DNA of 64,000 bases from Octopus bimaculoides (Eukaryota). The stretch is taken from positions 16,917,548 to 16,981,547 of the forward strand of contig NC_068993.1 of the NCBI RefSeq assembly GCF_001194135.2. The letters run 5' to 3'. The notes beneath the pieces were generated by a model that worked only from the letters and a program-made list of their open reading frames with translations, had not been told where the DNA came from and searched no databases. Each line of letters starts with the position of its first letter. The stretch's first letter is position 1. The translations under genes were made by a program, and so were the position numbers. This document shows, piece by piece, positions 63,188-64,000 of this stretch.

Positions 63188-63404
63188 TGAGGGGGTGCTG
63201 AAAAGATCCTGGCTTTAAGGGTATTGCAAAAGGGTTGGTTGGAGGCCCGACCTTCCAAGTTCTTTTACAGGGCTTAGAAAAACTGAAGGACTACTGCAAT
63301 ATGTCTGTGAATCTGAGAAGGGAATATATTAAATAAAATCATAATTAACTAATCCTCCTGTATTTTCTTTTACCAAAAGCCAAGAACTTTTCGACACCCT
63401 CTCC
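63188..63404. mobile_element. Mariner-derived MITE
   Basis: TA|tgagggggtgctgaaaagatcctggctt...aagccaagaacttttcgacaccctctcc|TA. Internal QGLEKLKDYCNMSVNLRREYIK* resembles a mariner transposase C-terminus. Confidence 0.75.
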
Positions 63405-63494
63405 TAATCTTCCATGAAAACATATCCAACCATTGTTCTGTTGGTGTTCAAATAACTTATGAGGGGGATAAATATTATCTTACTTGCAAATAGA

Positions 63495-63603
63495 CGAGTG
63501 TTGGTGACAGGAAAAGCATCCACTTGTAGAGAATCTGCCTCAATAAATTTCATTTGATCCATGCAAGCGTGGAGAAGTGGATTCTACAACAACGATGATG
63601 GTG

Positions 63604-63658
<55 letters not shown>
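63495..63658 (+). mobile_element. Family C 3' end with a long (GAT)n tail
   Basis: gttggtgacaggaaaagcatcc...ccatgcaagcgtggagaagtgga...(gat)n. Confidence 0.7.
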
Positions 63659-63659
<1 letters not shown>

Positions 63660-64000
63660 AATGAAAATGAAAACTATCTACAAGATAGCTGCAAGTAACT
63701 AACTTAACTAATTTGTATTACATATTATGAGATATGAACTATGAAATATTTTATAATTTTGTCTTTTATTTGACATTTGAGATAGATACATCAACATTTT
63801 ATAAATTTATGCAATTGTCATCTGAAAAAAAAAAGAAAATCTCATATTGTTGCTTTACATAGCAATGGACTCATGTTCAGGAAGATATTAACTTAGCTAA
63901 CTGTGTCTGTTGTTGCTGTCAAGAAAACTTTGTATTGATTTCATTCAACAGGTGAATACAAATCATTTGGCAGATCAGGCAGACCTCGTAGCACAACTCT

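Overview
Eukaryotic, AT-rich, CpG-depleted and very repeat-dense genomic DNA from a gapped draft assembly (six N runs). The repeat families and microsatellite load resemble a coleoid cephalopod, most likely Octopus. This is an inference from pattern recognition, not a database match. No intact host gene can be supported: most listed ORFs are microsatellite, gap or SINE artefacts, and there is one weak candidate coding exon (29802-29915). Recognisable TE-derived coding sequence: a Penelope-like (PLE) reverse transcriptase flanked by inverted pLTR segments (48871-50432), a separate PLE GIY-YIG endonuclease fragment (62170-62382), a 5'-truncated RTE LINE spanning a gap (50450-51555), an internally deleted DD37D maT transposon (60306-61168), a decayed R4/Dong-like RLE LINE (~28560-29400), and old CR1/L2/Jockey-group LINE relics. 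The rest is five abundant short interspersed families, labelled here A-E, plus TTAA, hAT and mariner MITEs and mini/microsatellites. The most unusual structures are: a 361-bp hairpin with a minimal hammerhead-ribozyme motif in each arm (8672-9032); a 900-bp spacerless palindromic element built around divergent TTAGGG-like arrays (3041-3941); a CpG-rich segment fused to an RTE 3' end (17323-17845); a micro inverted duplication around an 18-bp retro-tail (14950-15069); a locally templated insertion inside a SINE (39781-39990); and repeated use of (AT)n tracts as landing pads by unrelated element classes. Family labels A-E are mine, and SINE boundaries are approximate (about +/-15 bp).
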